Shown here in pieces: positions 5,530 through 5,681 of a DNA stretch of 5,681 bases. The translations under genes were made by a program, and so were the position numbers. The notes under the pieces were generated by a model. It was not told the DNA's origin and ran no database searches. It was given only the letters and a program-made list of their open reading frames with translations. The stretch comes from an uncultured Erysipelotrichaceae bacterium (GTDB taxonomy: Bacteria; Bacillota_I; Bacilli_A; Erysipelotrichales; Erysipelotrichaceae): NCBI GenBank assembly GCA_964457525.1, contig CAYWGS010000099.1:1-5681 (forward strand). Direction: 5' to 3'. How positions within the stretch are numbered: position 1 is the stretch's first letter; each line of letters begins with the position of its first letter.

Positions 5530-5577
5530 CACTTATACACTTGATTTTAGACTTTTTTACGTACTACTACATATGTT

Positions 5578-5605
5578 TTTATAATATGTCATAAATAGTA
5601 GTCAA
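5578..5605 (-). promoter_or_regulatory. Candidate sigma-A-type promoter b (TTGACT-16 nt-TATAAA).
   Basis: The minus strand reads TTGACT ACTATTTATGACATAT TATAAA. The -35 is 5605..5600 and the -10 is 5583..5578, which implies a start near 5571. It is an alternative to candidate a, and the sequence alone cannot discriminate between them. Confidence 0.3.
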
Positions 5606-5681
5606 ATTACACTAAAATACTATGTTTAATGATTATTTTAATTTCAAAATTATAAAAAAATGGATGTTTCTTTTTAAATTT

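Noticed and set aside
5511-5539. Plus-strand promoter-like TTGAAA-17 nt-TATACA that could drive a divergent gene.
   Set aside because: No plus-strand ORF with an RBS follows within the window. The only ATG, at 5660, opens a 5-codon frame. Such hexamer pairs are frequent by chance in AT-rich spacers, and the window end prevents any test.
5360-5584. Plus-strand 74-aa ORF in the upstream intergenic region.
   Set aside because: It overlaps the distal riboswitch and the candidate promoters. It has no ribosome binding site and its sequence is not protein-like. The region is better explained by conserved RNA structure on the opposite strand, where G.U pairs exist only in the minus-strand transcript.
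5654-5660. A T7 run on the minus strand (CCAUUUUUUUAUA) as the U-tract of a terminator for an upstream minus-strand gene.
   Set aside because: No GC-containing stem is visible within the window ahead of it, since any 5' arm would lie beyond 5681. Homopolymer A/T runs are common in this AT-rich spacer.

Overview
This AT-rich window looks like Bacillota and holds essentially one transcription unit, on the minus strand. (1) A single uninterrupted ORF (13..5172, 1,719 aa) encodes a giant surface protein. From N to C it has a signal-like sequence, a ~220-aa non-repeat beta-rich head and 14 tandem ~95-aa cadherin-like/VCBS-type ('tandem-95') repeats. Most of the ten central repeats carry acidic NDxDxDGD-type putative Ca2+ motifs. 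The repeats are followed by a short acidic/Pro stalk, one C-terminal transmembrane helix and an unusual 90-aa cytoplasmic tail. There is no LPXTG motif. (2) The leader (5173 to ~5500-5570) carries two complete tandem units that I read as c-di-GMP class I (GEMM-I) riboswitches with a 145-nt period. Each unit is an aptamer plus its own intrinsic terminator. The terminator 5' arm overlaps the aptamer 3' strand, so I predict two ON switches in series. A strong GGGAGGG Shine-Dalgarno follows. The sequence differences between the two copies preserve the proposed RNA structure. Further upstream lie a possible decayed remnant of a third unit and two candidate sigma-A-type promoters, all low confidence. 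All plus-strand ORFs in the supplied track look spurious. The main point of interest is tandem second-messenger gating of a membrane-anchored giant adhesin with an uncharacterised cytoplasmic domain. The RNA class call rests on my memory of the GEMM-I consensus and needs confirmation with a covariance model.
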